Positions 31,253 to 42,510 of a stretch of DNA of 64,000 bases are shown here, piece after piece. Position numbers and translations under genes: made by a program. Under the pieces are notes generated by a model. It made no database searches, was not told the DNA's origin, and was given only the letters and a program-made list of their open reading frames with translations. How positions within the stretch are numbered: position 1 is the first letter of the stretch; each line of letters opens with the position of its first letter. Source of the DNA: Histomonas meleagridis 2922-C6/04-290x (taxonomy: Eukaryota; Protista; Parabasalia); contig JAANOX010000004.1 of the NCBI GenBank assembly GCA_020184695.1, forward strand, positions 310,001 through 374,000, written 5' to 3'.

Positions 31253-32704
31253 TTGATTTTTTTTTGTCTTACTGTTTCTGATTCTTTTCGGACTTTTCGA
31301 ATGAATTGGAAAGAGACACCCTCGCAATATGTTGATAAGAGAGGGTACAAACCAATCGATGAATGTTATCGACTTGATGTATCAATTCAAGAGCCAGATA
31401 AATATGGTATTTCAGACATAACAGGCAATCTTACTAACACTAATTCCTTATATTGGGGTGAAAAATCGTCGAGTTTTTCTTATTACGGGATAACATTTTA
31501 TAATCAAAGTTTTTTTGTTCTGTTTGGTACATTTGCAAATGGCGATAAAGTTGACCCTGGGTGGGCACGTTCATTCTTTCGTAATCGAAGCATTCAAACC
31601 AATAATCATAATTATTTTAATCATCAAAAAGAGATATATAGTTTTTTAACCGGTTATCCAGAAGCCCATCTTGCCTTTCGTCTTGTTACCATTTCCTTTA
31701 TAGTTAAACGAAGTGATCAAAATATCAGTGAAAAATCGTTTTTATTACCGAACACAATTCAAGGCGTTGTCTATGAAGGCCAAAACCTTCGCCATGAGAT
31801 TCAAGGGACCGAGATCAACTTTGATAACTTTTTATCCGAATTGCGAATATATGGAGTCCTTAACGGGCTCTGCATTATTTTTCTTCATTTTGGGTGGTCA
31901 TCTCTTAAAACGGAGCTTACATCAGTCAGTAATCTTCATTCCATATCATATTGTTCATTATTGATTACGTATGGATTTGATTTATCGTTTGCGAATATCT
32001 TAACGAAACGATATAATTTACGTAATTTTCCTTCGTTATTGTTTTATTTTTTGTTTACTATCCAAATTATATATTATATTATATTACAATTTCCAATTTT
32101 TATAGTTATCTTAAAAGAACATATGTCGAATCCGATCTTTGTCATTTTGGATGTTTTCATATTTTTCACTTCTTTTTTCTTTTCTCCATTTAATTGGAAA
32201 TCTAATTCATATTTTTTTGTTATCTTTTCATTATCGCAATGGCTTCCACAAATCATCAAAAATGTAATTGTTGGGCAACGAAATAACATAACATTTAAGT
32301 TCTTAATCCCAATTTCTATTGAAAGGTTCATCATAATATATTACTTTTATATATATTCCAATAACATATTTAGTACGACTTCTGTTCCTTTGGGAATTGT
32401 CGCGTTCATTTATTTGCTGTTGCAGTTCCTTTTGCTGTTCGGACAAAGCGTTTTGGGGCCGTCGTTCTTCTTGCCGACAGTGCTACGCAAGCAGCCGTAC
32501 AACTACTGGAGATGCCCGCCCGAGAGCCAGGCAACGTGCTGCATATGCCTGTCCCAGCTCGACGAGAGCGATCAGGACGTCGTGGTGACGCCTTGCGAAC
32601 ACGCGTTCCACTATAACTGCTTGAACACGTGGATAAAGGAAAAGGACGTGTGCCCAATCTGCCAGAAGGAGATCCCCCCGATAGAGCCGAAGCCGAAAAA
32701 ATAA
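31253..32704 (+). CDS. Multi-pass membrane RING-H2 E3 ligase (Tul1/FLY1-like)
   Basis: About 6-7 TM segments, QWLPQIIKNV motif and C-terminal CCIC...CEHAFH..C...W.....CPIC. The start codon is uncertain. Confidence 0.75.
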   Translation: MIFFCLTVSDSFRTFRMNWKETPSQYVDKRGYKPIDECYRLDVSIQEPDKYGISDITGNLTNTNSLYWGEKSSSFSYYGITFYNQSFFVLFGTFANGDKVDPGWARSFFRNRSIQTNNHNYFNHQKEIYSFLTGYPEAHLAFRLVTISFIVKRSDQNISEKSFLLPNTIQGVVYEGQNLRHEIQGTEINFDNFLSELRIYGVLNGLCIIFLHFGWSSLKTELTSVSNLHSISYCSLLITYGFDLSFANILTKRYNLRNFPSLLFYFLFTIQIIYYIILQFPIFIVILKEHMSNPIFVILDVFIFFTSFFFSPFNWKSNSYFFVIFSLSQWLPQIIKNVIVGQRNNITFKFLIPISIERFIIIYYFYIYSNNIFSTTSVPLGIVAFIYLLLQFLLLFGQSVLGPSFFLPTVLRKQPYNYWRCPPESQATCCICLSQLDESDQDVVVTPCEHAFHYNCLNTWIKEKDVCPICQKEIPPIEPKPKK

Positions 32705-32754
32705 AAATTGTTTGTATCAAATGTTGTGTTTTTTATGAATAGAAATGATTTATA

Positions 32755-33025
32755 ATTAATAAGTTATAGCATCTTTGGAACATAATAACTATGTTATATA
32801 CCACATAATTATTTCTACTTAAAGAATAAGTTATAGCATCCTTGGAATATAATTAACTCAATGTTGGAACATAATTAACTGCGTTATTATTTCACACAAT
32901 TATTTCTCCTTAAAGATTAAGTTATAGCATCTTTGGAACATAATTAACAGCGTTTAAGTTTATATTCAGTTGGTATATTATTTACAGCGTTTACATTGCA
33001 CATGGTTATTTCTCCTTAAAGAATT
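32755..33025. repeat. Degenerate local tandem repeat (70-90 bp unit, 3-4 copies)
   Basis: TTATTTCT(A/C)CTTAAAGA...AAGTTATAGCATC(T/C)TTGGAA(C/T)ATAAT recurs. Confidence 0.7.
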
Positions 33026-33229
33026 GATTATAATTTATCATTTTGTTGCAAGTGATAAAATGTATTTCACTTTTTTGTTAACTTTCAGAAATTTGTTCTG
33101 TTTTCTGAAGTTTATATAAAAATTTGAATGGTATGATAAGATTGGTGGTTTCAAAGTGATTTGATCGTGGTTATTTGAATGATTTACTTGAATAAGACGG
33201 TTGCAATTCAATAATCTATCGGTAAAAAA

Positions 33230-34873
33230 ATGGTGCTGTCGAGAACAAGGAAAAAGATGGACATTAAAGTGGTTTCGCATGTGGACATACCTGACGAGCC
33301 ACAAGTTAAAACAATGCTATCTAACTTTAATGACGACGATTATTTATCTCAATTAACATCTGATACATGTATTTTTTGCGGTTTTAGTATTTATAGGCAA
33401 TCTGACACAAGTGGACATCTTCTTCAAGACCACAAATGTCTTGCACCAATTTGTATCGAATGTTTAAAACGATGTTTAGAACATCAATATCAATTTAAAG
33501 TCGATCATTTATTCTGTCCCATCTGTCTTTCCAACTTCACAGATGAAGAAATATCACAAATCCATCCCAAATTATCCACCAAACTTCAACAAGATATCAT
33601 GCTTCGTAATGTCAAAAACATGGTCAAATGTCGTTTTTGTCCAAATTATTTCATTTTCGAGCCTGGCTCAATTGACGAAGTCCCTACAATAGCTAATGGT
33701 CAATATCTCACACTAGCACAACGCGAATGCTGTGCCAAATATATGGTCACCTGCAACGAATGCAACATTTCGAGCTGCATCAATTGCGGTGCTGTTCCGT
33801 ATCACATTGGGGAGACCTGTGCCGAGCATCAGCTCTGGGTACAAAGTTACGTATGTCGAATTTGCGACAAGCCCGCCAAAGATTTTGATCCATTACATGA
33901 TAACTTATCTTTACTAACATGTGGCGATCCATATTGTGTTGAAACCTCACGTGCCATGTGTAAACATGTTCACAAATGCGGACATGCATGTGTTGGCATT
34001 GATGGAGAAAAATCACATCCTCCATGTCCTGAATGTTCCGACAATGGGTCAGTCTGCCCGTATTGCCACAAGGACTTATGGGGCAACATCTGTTTGCGCT
34101 TGAAATGCAACCACACGATACATCAATCGTGCGCATTTGACATCGCATTGAAATTTGATGCGAAACAGAAAAGTGGCCAACTTACGTTACCGTTATGTCC
34201 TGTTGACGGCTGCGGCGAATTTGTGAAGCACGACTGCTTATATACGAGTGATATCCTTGAGTACACCAAAGAAGAGTGGAATGAATTCGAGAAAATTGTA
34301 GACAGAATCGCTCTACAAAGAGTTATGGCAGAAGGAATTCAATTCCATCCTGAAGTTACTTCAAGTATGTCGCCATATGCTCATTATGGAAGTAAGGCTG
34401 CTTTGTATTGGGCAAAGAACAATTACCGATTTATGATATATGGCGAACAACATATTTATGTCGACGGAAGGATTTCGGACCCAATGGATAATGAGACTTC
34501 ATGCCCATTTAATCCTTTGTATAGATTTCCTGTTTGTACTTTGCACGGATATAATTACATGCAATATAAATGCGCGTGCTGTTGTTCAATTGGTGTTAGA
34601 AAATGCCCGAATAAGGACGTGAGATATAAAGATGACCCATTCGTGTGGTACTGCGACATTTGTTATCATATGTTGCCTGGAAGAGAAGAGGCGGCAAAGG
34701 CTTGCAAAGGAAATTGCATGTTCTCCCCACACGCAAACTTGAAGAGTGAATACTATGGAAAATGCGCAATGTGCGGAAAGGTGGTGTCGAAGGTAATATA
34801 TTCTTCGAGAAGAGCGGAATTAAAAGAGAAGTTACCTTCGCCTGTGATATCAAGACCTTGGAATTCGTTGTGA
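33230..34873 (+). CDS. Zinc-finger-rich E3 ligase: RING/IBR-like N-terminus plus MYCBP2/PHR-type RING and tandem-Cys (RCR) module
   Basis: CKHVHKCGHACVG, ALQRVMAEGI and CTLHGYNYMQYKCACCCSIGVRKC resemble the MYCBP2 C-terminus ([47 protein letters not shown]), recalled from memory. Confidence 0.75.
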   Translation: MVLSRTRKKMDIKVVSHVDIPDEPQVKTMLSNFNDDDYLSQLTSDTCIFCGFSIYRQSDTSGHLLQDHKCLAPICIECLKRCLEHQYQFKVDHLFCPICLSNFTDEEISQIHPKLSTKLQQDIMLRNVKNMVKCRFCPNYFIFEPGSIDEVPTIANGQYLTLAQRECCAKYMVTCNECNISSCINCGAVPYHIGETCAEHQLWVQSYVCRICDKPAKDFDPLHDNLSLLTCGDPYCVETSRAMCKHVHKCGHACVGIDGEKSHPPCPECSDNGSVCPYCHKDLWGNICLRLKCNHTIHQSCAFDIALKFDAKQKSGQLTLPLCPVDGCGEFVKHDCLYTSDILEYTKEEWNEFEKIVDRIALQRVMAEGIQFHPEVTSSMSPYAHYGSKAALYWAKNNYRFMIYGEQHIYVDGRISDPMDNETSCPFNPLYRFPVCTLHGYNYMQYKCACCCSIGVRKCPNKDVRYKDDPFVWYCDICYHMLPGREEAAKACKGNCMFSPHANLKSEYYGKCAMCGKVVSKVIYSSRRAELKEKLPSPVISRPWNSL

Positions 34874-35169
34874 TTGTTTGATAAACAAGAAAATAATAAT
34901 TTGTTTTTATTGATAACTAAAAATAAATTTTTACTTTTTTTTCTTCAAAATAAATTTATTTCGTGTTATTCATAATATAATTCTGAGCTTATTATTGATC
35001 ATAGATGAAACTATGCATATATATTATATGTTCATAATATCAAGATCGTAGGATGATCGCTATTTTAGAATAGTAAGAATCGAAAGTCAATATTGACATT
35101 AAGAATGAAATTAATAAACGTAAATAATTTTAACGTGCTTCTTATAACGTATTTTAACGTCTCCTTCAA

Positions 35170-36285
35170 ATGGATACATGGGTTTCTCCAGAAGATAAAG
35201 AAATAATGCGTGCAAACGCAATGAGAAAACGTATGCTTGATCGAAAGGCTACTTTGCTGGATCCACAAAAAAGACGAATTGGAATTGATGTTGCTGCAAT
35301 TCAACGCCAAATACAAGAAAAAAAAGAACGTGAAGCCATGGAAAAAGCACGTGATGAAGCTTTTGATCAAATGGTATTAGAACAACAAGCACTTGTTCTT
35401 GAAGCACAAGAACGCGAAAGAATGCAAAGACGGCAAATAGCCGAAGACGATGATTTATATCGTAAAAACTATCAAAAGCCATCTCAATCACGTGAGTATG
35501 ACATATGGCGTAAAGATATCAAGCGCATTTCCAAACCAGCACGAAATCCCGAAAATGAATCCACACTTGGTCCTAGTTCAGGCCAAGTATTTGAAGGCGA
35601 AGATCCTGGTATCTCACAGCGATTACTAAAACAAGCTCAACAACGTGAAGAATGGCATCGTGAACAAATGCGTGAAAGAGAAGCCATCAAACAAAAGGAA
35701 CAAATGGAAGATTTACAATACCAATTAGCAGAACTTGAGACTCAAAAGAAAGTTCTTGAATATATGGAAGCCACAGAACGCGCCAAGTCGGAAGTCGATC
35801 GTGAAATTGCAAATGAAAACATTCGAATGATGAATGAGAAGAAACGACGCGAACAAGAAGAAAGAGAACATGAGCAACAAATGAACGATGCCGAGTTACG
35901 TAACAATGCGCGCTCGCGTACAATAATGGAAGTAATGTCATCGCGCAAAGATTCGCCGCAAGAGTACAGAGGAATGACAATTGATGAGCAAAAAGCTGTT
36001 TTTGATGAGCAAGCGAAACAAATCGAAGAAAAGAAACGAATTAAAAATGAAGAAAAAGAACGAGAAAATCAATGGGATCAATACTTCGAATATTTAAGAC
36101 AAGAAGGTGATCGAAAAGAGGCGGAATACTTAAGAAGAAAACAAATGGAACAAAAGGAACTGTTCGAATTCCAAAAAAGACAAAACGAGGAATTCAAAAA
36201 ACGACAAAGATACTTAAATAATGTGGTTTATACAAATGTGCCTGATGATTCTTATTACAATCAATGGGGACATGATACAAGATAA
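35170..36285 (+). CDS. RIB43A: RIB43A-like ciliary ribbon protein
   Basis: RRIGIDVAAIQRQIQEKK, GPSSGQVFEGED, YRGMT and the terminal NVPDDSYYNQWGHDTR. Confidence 0.85.
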   Translation: MDTWVSPEDKEIMRANAMRKRMLDRKATLLDPQKRRIGIDVAAIQRQIQEKKEREAMEKARDEAFDQMVLEQQALVLEAQERERMQRRQIAEDDDLYRKNYQKPSQSREYDIWRKDIKRISKPARNPENESTLGPSSGQVFEGEDPGISQRLLKQAQQREEWHREQMREREAIKQKEQMEDLQYQLAELETQKKVLEYMEATERAKSEVDREIANENIRMMNEKKRREQEEREHEQQMNDAELRNNARSRTIMEVMSSRKDSPQEYRGMTIDEQKAVFDEQAKQIEEKKRIKNEEKERENQWDQYFEYLRQEGDRKEAEYLRRKQMEQKELFEFQKRQNEEFKKRQRYLNNVVYTNVPDDSYYNQWGHDTR

Positions 36286-36424
36286 GTAAATGAAGTTATT
36301 TTTGTTTAAATTACAAACAGATTTACAAAATTGAAAAATTCACATGTTAAAGGTAATAAAGAGTGTTAACAAGATATCATCTTTTTAATTTATGATAATA
36401 GTTTTTCTAGAAAATTCTATAAAA

Positions 36425-37603
36425 TTAATAAATAAGTTGAAAAAAATTACTTTTATGTTATATATTATATTACAAAGCTTAAGCTGATTAACATATATAA
36501 ACATGTTTAAAGATGTTTATATAAAATATTTAACTACACTCACAATGAGAGAATTTTATAATTGAATTATGCTTTTGTCACAACTTGTAATATATATATA
36601 CAAAATACAAAACACAAAATATATTATAATAATATTTTCAATATAAATAAAAAATTAAATTGATTATGAATTTAATATGTTTAAATAAATAAATAAATAA
36701 ACAAAAAAATTCATGGAAAAACTAATTTTACTGTTCCTTACATAATTCAAACATTTTAAAATGTTTATAATGGCTGACAAAATAAATAATCTTGAAAAGA
36801 TCCAACGAATCTTTCACTATGATTCCCAAACATTAACTCAAAATCATTATCATCCATTAACATTTCTTGTTCTAATGAAAAAATTCCAGATTCTGTCTTT
36901 TTTTGTTTGTCAATAGATAATAATGTTGGTGAAATTGTTTCATTTTTGATGTTAAAAATTTCATGAATTTCTGGTGGAATTATTAAATCTGTTCGTTTCT
37001 TTGAGATTATATTCTTCCCAAATTGTAAATAACAATTACTTCGAATTGGATAAATATTAATGCTTTGTGAACATAAACAACAAACGAGTTGAAATTTAGA
37101 AGAAGATATTTTGTTGATTGAAATCTTTTTCCAATCTTTAATATAAATTGATGAAGAATTAATTTGAAGTAATGGAAAATTTTGTTGATTTCGAATAATT
37201 TCTTTGAGTGATTTGTTATTTAATGCTGTTTTATGATGAAGATCAACCACTTTCCCATTCACATCAATGTTATTACAATGACAATAAAAGTGTTTGAACT
37301 CCATAATCTTTTAATGAGATGCCAAATGAAATTATGAACGTGGCAAGAGACAAAACTCTCGTTTTCTCAAAATTGAATGTACAAAATTTCTGGTTTATTT
37401 TTAATATAGCTTTTACAAAAAGAAACACAATTTTTGAGGGAGGTTTCTGCGAATAATTCATTGAAAAAGCAATATAAACAAACAAGAAAATAATTTTTTC
37501 TTTTGATATATAAAGTTTAACAAGAAATCAATAATATAAATGAACGAAACAATTAAATTTTATTATATATTTTATCATTTTTCTCATCAATTACAATTAG
37601 TTC
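36425..37603. repeat. Inverted duplication 2, left arm
   Basis: Reverse complement of about 42511-43700. Confidence 0.9.
36765..37304 (-). CDS. Hypothetical protein with CxC and CCxC putative Zn-binding pairs
   Basis: 179-aa ORF MEFKHFYCHC..., duplicated at 42795. Confidence 0.65.
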   Translation of the reverse strand: MEFKHFYCHCNNIDVNGKVVDLHHKTALNNKSLKEIIRNQQNFPLLQINSSSIYIKDWKKISINKISSSKFQLVCCLCSQSINIYPIRSNCYLQFGKNIISKKRTDLIIPPEIHEIFNIKNETISPTLLSIDKQKKTESGIFSLEQEMLMDDNDFELMFGNHSERFVGSFQDYLFCQPL

Positions 37604-38576
37604 TTCTAAATCTTGACATGGTGATATTTCTATCGTACTATAGAAAACAACGTATCAACTTTTTTGAACGAAATGGATGATAAGAACCTAACGGCGAACA
37701 AACATAGTTAAAATCCGACGGTTATTCCAACATGCAAAGCAACACAAACAATGAAATAATTGAACAAAAATCTCGAGCTGCATTTGCTTTTTCATCACTT
37801 TCAAATTACAGTGTTATTCTTGCTAATTCAAAAGCTTATGGTTCTTCAGTTCATCGAATTCGGTTATCAAAACATCAAGAGATTTCCGGAAGAACTCCAC
37901 ATTACACGTGGAATCCAAGCGAAGGTTTGTAGCTTAAATTAACTGATAAATTCAACATCTTTTCAGTTTTGAAGTTCTTCATTTCTTTCTCAATTTACAT
38001 CATTTAGATACTATTACTCAGCTCTGAGTAAACATTAACTATTTAGTGCGGTTTTATCTACTATCATTTTTGTTCATAATTCTTCTATTATAATAATTCA
38101 TGTCTTTGCTTGATCAAGCAAAGGAAAGTTGCGACCAAAACAAAATATCACCATCATTGAAAATGTATGCCATGCATCTGCATTAAATCTTTTAGTTACT
38201 GGAATTTTCATCTTTTAATTAGAAGAAACATTAAAAAAATTCCAAAACCATTATCAAATTCACAATAAATAACGATTCATGTAAGTAAATGAATATTGTT
38301 GATAAAGATTTCAAAAATTTATTTAAGTTATAAGGATCAATTGAACAAATATTTAATTAGAAACAAACTTTTTTGTATGTCATATAGTAATAAAAACTTA
38401 AAATGTACAACATAAATATTATTCATAAATAGCTTTATGTTTTTAATATGAGCTATGTTTCAAGGTATAGCGTTCATCTTAATGCGTTATCAAAATAAAA
38501 GAAACTAAGTTAAATATTTTTTGCTGGCGATTTAAAAATATCAAAGCAACAATTTTTTGAGTCTAAACTAATAAGC

Positions 38577-40007
38577 ATGTCTATAGATAACTTAAAGAAG
38601 TTCGAAATGAAGTTTTGGCATGAAAGAAATAAATTTTATGTAAACTTTTTAAATATTGAAATTTTGGGATTTCAATTTCCCACTTTTTCAATACAACGGT
38701 GCACCGGAGAGCAAATGTTTAACTTTCTGCAGTGGCCTTCTAATAAAACATCATCAACAGAATCCCAAATTCCATTTTCGCCAACTCATCCAATGATTGC
38801 AAATTTGCCTGTTATTTCAGGTGTTTCAATTCTATCAAACGTTAATGAAAATCCTTCTTTAAATAAATTACATAACTGGTTTAAAAAATATCCTGACGTT
38901 GCCCAACACGTTTTTTTTCATGTTTACTCTCAAACGTTAGATCAAAAGTTTTATGAATTTCGGAATTTTGCACTTACTTCGCAAATTGATGAAGGAATAT
39001 CTTTAGTTTTAAATAATGAGCATCAGATATCAGAATTAGCTCCTAGCAATTTTGCAAAGCCCGAAAAACTAAATCAACAATTTCAGAATTTAATTGAAAT
39101 GAGAAAATTACATACATTAATAATGGAAAACGCTATTGCTTCAAAGCACCTTGAAGACTGTCGAATAAAATGCATAAAGACAGAACTCCAAAATTTGAAT
39201 CTTAAAATCACACGATTACTATCTCTTCTCACAGCAGTGAATGCTGCTCCTCTCAGTTACATCCCTGTTGTATATTTTCAGCAACTTTCACTTACGCAAG
39301 ACTTCATTCGAACACATAATAAGCATTGCTGTATAATTGAGAATAAAATAGCCCAATTAAAACAAAACACTTCCAGCTTACATCAAGGCATGCTCAAATT
39401 AAGCCAGAAGTATCAAACCGATGAAGAAAATCAGTATCATCAGCTTGCCTATTTCCACACGTTAATTGCATCCTACAGGCAACAATATGACCAAGACAAC
39501 AAGTGCATCAATCTTTCTGCAGATATTTCTGCTTTTAGTGATTTCTTAAATCATCCAAATTCTATTGCATATCCATTAATGGCTGAATTCATGGAAACCC
39601 AAAACTCAGAATCATTTCATACCTTAGTTAAAGGATTGATCAAAAAGTTTAACATCCAAAGCAAAGAAGAAGAGCATTTAATTCACTCACTTTGTTCGAT
39701 GACTGTATCGGAAACCGTAACCGTCCATATTCAATTCTGTGGAAGTGGCACTTTTGACAACGATCAAATTTTGTATGGCATTGAATTGTTTACAACAAAC
39801 GATCCACTGAATTTGTTAAAGTTAATATCTAATCATAATTCAGGAGATTGCAAAGCAGTAGTTGAAGAAACAGCAAACATTATGAAAATGTTTTCACCTA
39901 ATTACAGACAAATTTTACTTATCATTCACGAATTCTCAATTTCGGAATATCTTTCTGAGAGAACAAAAGAACTGCGAAACGAAATTGGTAAATATATTGA
40001 GCAATAA
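38577..40007 (+). CDS. Hypothetical protein (alternative start at 38715)
   Basis: 476-aa ORF, helical or coiled-coil in character; no family recognised. Confidence 0.65.
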   Translation: MSIDNLKKFEMKFWHERNKFYVNFLNIEILGFQFPTFSIQRCTGEQMFNFLQWPSNKTSSTESQIPFSPTHPMIANLPVISGVSILSNVNENPSLNKLHNWFKKYPDVAQHVFFHVYSQTLDQKFYEFRNFALTSQIDEGISLVLNNEHQISELAPSNFAKPEKLNQQFQNLIEMRKLHTLIMENAIASKHLEDCRIKCIKTELQNLNLKITRLLSLLTAVNAAPLSYIPVVYFQQLSLTQDFIRTHNKHCCIIENKIAQLKQNTSSLHQGMLKLSQKYQTDEENQYHQLAYFHTLIASYRQQYDQDNKCINLSADISAFSDFLNHPNSIAYPLMAEFMETQNSESFHTLVKGLIKKFNIQSKEEEHLIHSLCSMTVSETVTVHIQFCGSGTFDNDQILYGIELFTTNDPLNLLKLISNHNSGDCKAVVEETANIMKMFSPNYRQILLIIHEFSISEYLSERTKELRNEIGKYIEQ

Positions 40008-40458
40008 ATACTTTTGTATAGCTTTTTTATTTAATTCATTTTTTACTTATGAATACAATTATAAGAGAAAGAAAGAATTGCTCATAGACCGACAACAAAA
40101 TTTGAGATAAATCATAAATTTTTATATAATTTATTACATCAGCAAATAGAAATTATAACATATGTTCAGTCCCAAAAATATGAATTAATTAAAATATGTA
40201 AAGAAAATAGGGAAAAAAGTTTATTTCGTATTAACATTCTCCTTAGTGAAGTGAGTGAAAATTGGAATATTGCTAAAATTATAAATTTAAATCTAAAAAA
40301 ATTTATTAAATATATATTACTAAATATGTTCTCTATGAATAATGCTACGGTATAGGCGTGGGTTATATTAAGGTGTCTGTGCACAGGCTTTTCTAGAGAT
40401 ATTATGCACTGTCATGCATTTTAAGTATATTACCAAATACATAAGTAGTAAATGTTCG

Positions 40459-42080
40459 TTACAATTCATTCGCTTCATATAGCCATTGATCTTTATCTTC
40501 TAAAATCATTTCTTTATCCATTTCACCAATTTCATTCGTTTGCACATCTCTGATTTCTTCTGTTTCCGTTTCTTCATCCAATTTGTTCGTCTTTTTATGA
40601 CGCTTCAAAAAGATAACAACACCAACAAGCAATAGAAGTATAAAAACTGCTGAACAAATAATTGCAATTATACGCCGTATTGGAAATACTTTTGTTGTTT
40701 GTTTCATTTTGTGTTTCAGAATAAAAGAAAAAATTTGAATAATAACTAATATATGTCGAAAATTGATAAATTGTAAATATGTAAGTTGAATTGTGTCTGA
40801 AGGTAATAAATACTTGAAGAAAAATATGAAATAACATATGTATTAATGACAGATCTATCCAAAATACTTAATGAATGTGAAATGGATATCGCAAAAATAA
40901 ATGAAAATGAATAATTTGAATTCACTAATGGATATGAATTACTGCTTCCGAATGAATTTGATTTAGTGAACGTATTTGACTACGAATATGTATTTGACTG
41001 CGAATATGTGTTACTTTGTGATAATGTATTACTCATAGTAAATGTATTTGATTGTGAATATGTGTTACTGCGTGTGAATGAAGATATTGCTGGAATACAT
41101 TCATCAAATATCGTTTTGCTAATGTTAAGTTCTCCAAATGATTCACTCTCATATGATGTTGACATTACAGTAACTGTATCTATTCGTGTGTTTTGAAATG
41201 CATTCGCTCCAACAATTGGTTCACGCGTTCCATAATAATATATACATTTAAGTTGTGTACAATTAAGAAATGATGAATTGCCAATATTTTCAACATTTCC
41301 TTTAATATAAATTGATGTTAAATTCGTACAATTTTCAAATGCATAGTCACCAAGCGATGTAACTGAAGTCTGAATGCTGAATATTTTTAAACTTGAACAA
41401 TAGCCAAATGCAGTTGACTCAATTGTCGTTAATTTATTTCCAATAATAATTGTTTCTAATTTAGTACAAAAATAAAGACCATATTCACAAATTGTTTCAA
41501 TGTTTTCTCCAAGATCTATAGTTGTTAAACTTGAACATAGACTAAATCCATAAGCACCAATTGTTGTTAATTTATTTCCAAAAATAATTGTTTGCAAACT
41601 TGAACAATAATGAAATGCACAATATCCAATTGTATCAATATTTTCTCCAAGATTTAATGCTGTCAAACTTGTGCATTCTTGAAATGAATTAACACCAATT
41701 GATGTAATAATATTTGGGCAATGAAATGTTATAGAATTTAATTTCCTACATCTACTAAATGCAGGATTTGGAATTTGCCTAATATTTCCTAATATTTCAA
41801 CTGCTTCTAAATTAGAACAATCACTAAATGAATAATTTCCAATTTTTGTAATCGTTTCGCCAATTTCAACTGTTTTAAGGGATTCCCATTCGGAAAGAGC
41901 ATTGTTTGGTACTTCTGTTAATCCAGCTGAAAAAATGATTTTTTCTGCAATAGCACTATACTTATTTTTGAAACTCGAATCTAATTTATCTTCACTGACT
42001 ATTATAAGTGTTCTTGTAGTTTTATACTATTCTTCTGATTTTGTTCAAATGAAAAAAAATATAAATTAAAAATGGATAAA
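40459..42080 (-). pseudogene. BspA-like pseudogene 2 (LRRs, SNT-repeat stalk, TM, tail)
   Basis: LRR frame open from about 42025 to 40980 without an ATG, an in-frame TAG at 40980, further frameshifts, and TM IIAIICSAVFILLLLVGVVIFL. Confidence 0.8.
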
Positions 42081-42510
42081 AAAATTGAATTTTAATTTTG
42101 TTGACATTATTTTTGTGATTGCAAATGAATATAATGAATAAATTAATAAGAAAAATAAGATTTATTAAATTTAAAAATTTATTATTATGAAGAAAATTCA
42201 TATTTTTTCGTTGATTTTGAAACATTTTATTAAGATCATTTTCAAATTGTTTCAACATTTTTGTTCGTGAGATATAATATTTAAAAAATTCAAATGTTTT
42301 TGCTTTAAATAAATTATTTCTTGCATATAATGAAATATTACATGATGAATTTATCACTAAAAATGAATAAAATTGAAATGAAAATATTTCTTCTTTTCAC
42401 TTTTTTACCGGCCTGAGTTGAACGACGTTCTTGTGGAAAAGGACCGTAAAATTGACGCAAAAAGTTGATTCGTATAGAAATAACGTTCTCTCATTCCGAT
42501 GCCACAGATC

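Noticed and set aside
37732-37932. 66-aa ORF with an upstream M3-like motif
   Set aside because: It could be a truncated gene next to the inversion breakpoint, but it is too short and lacks homology evidence.
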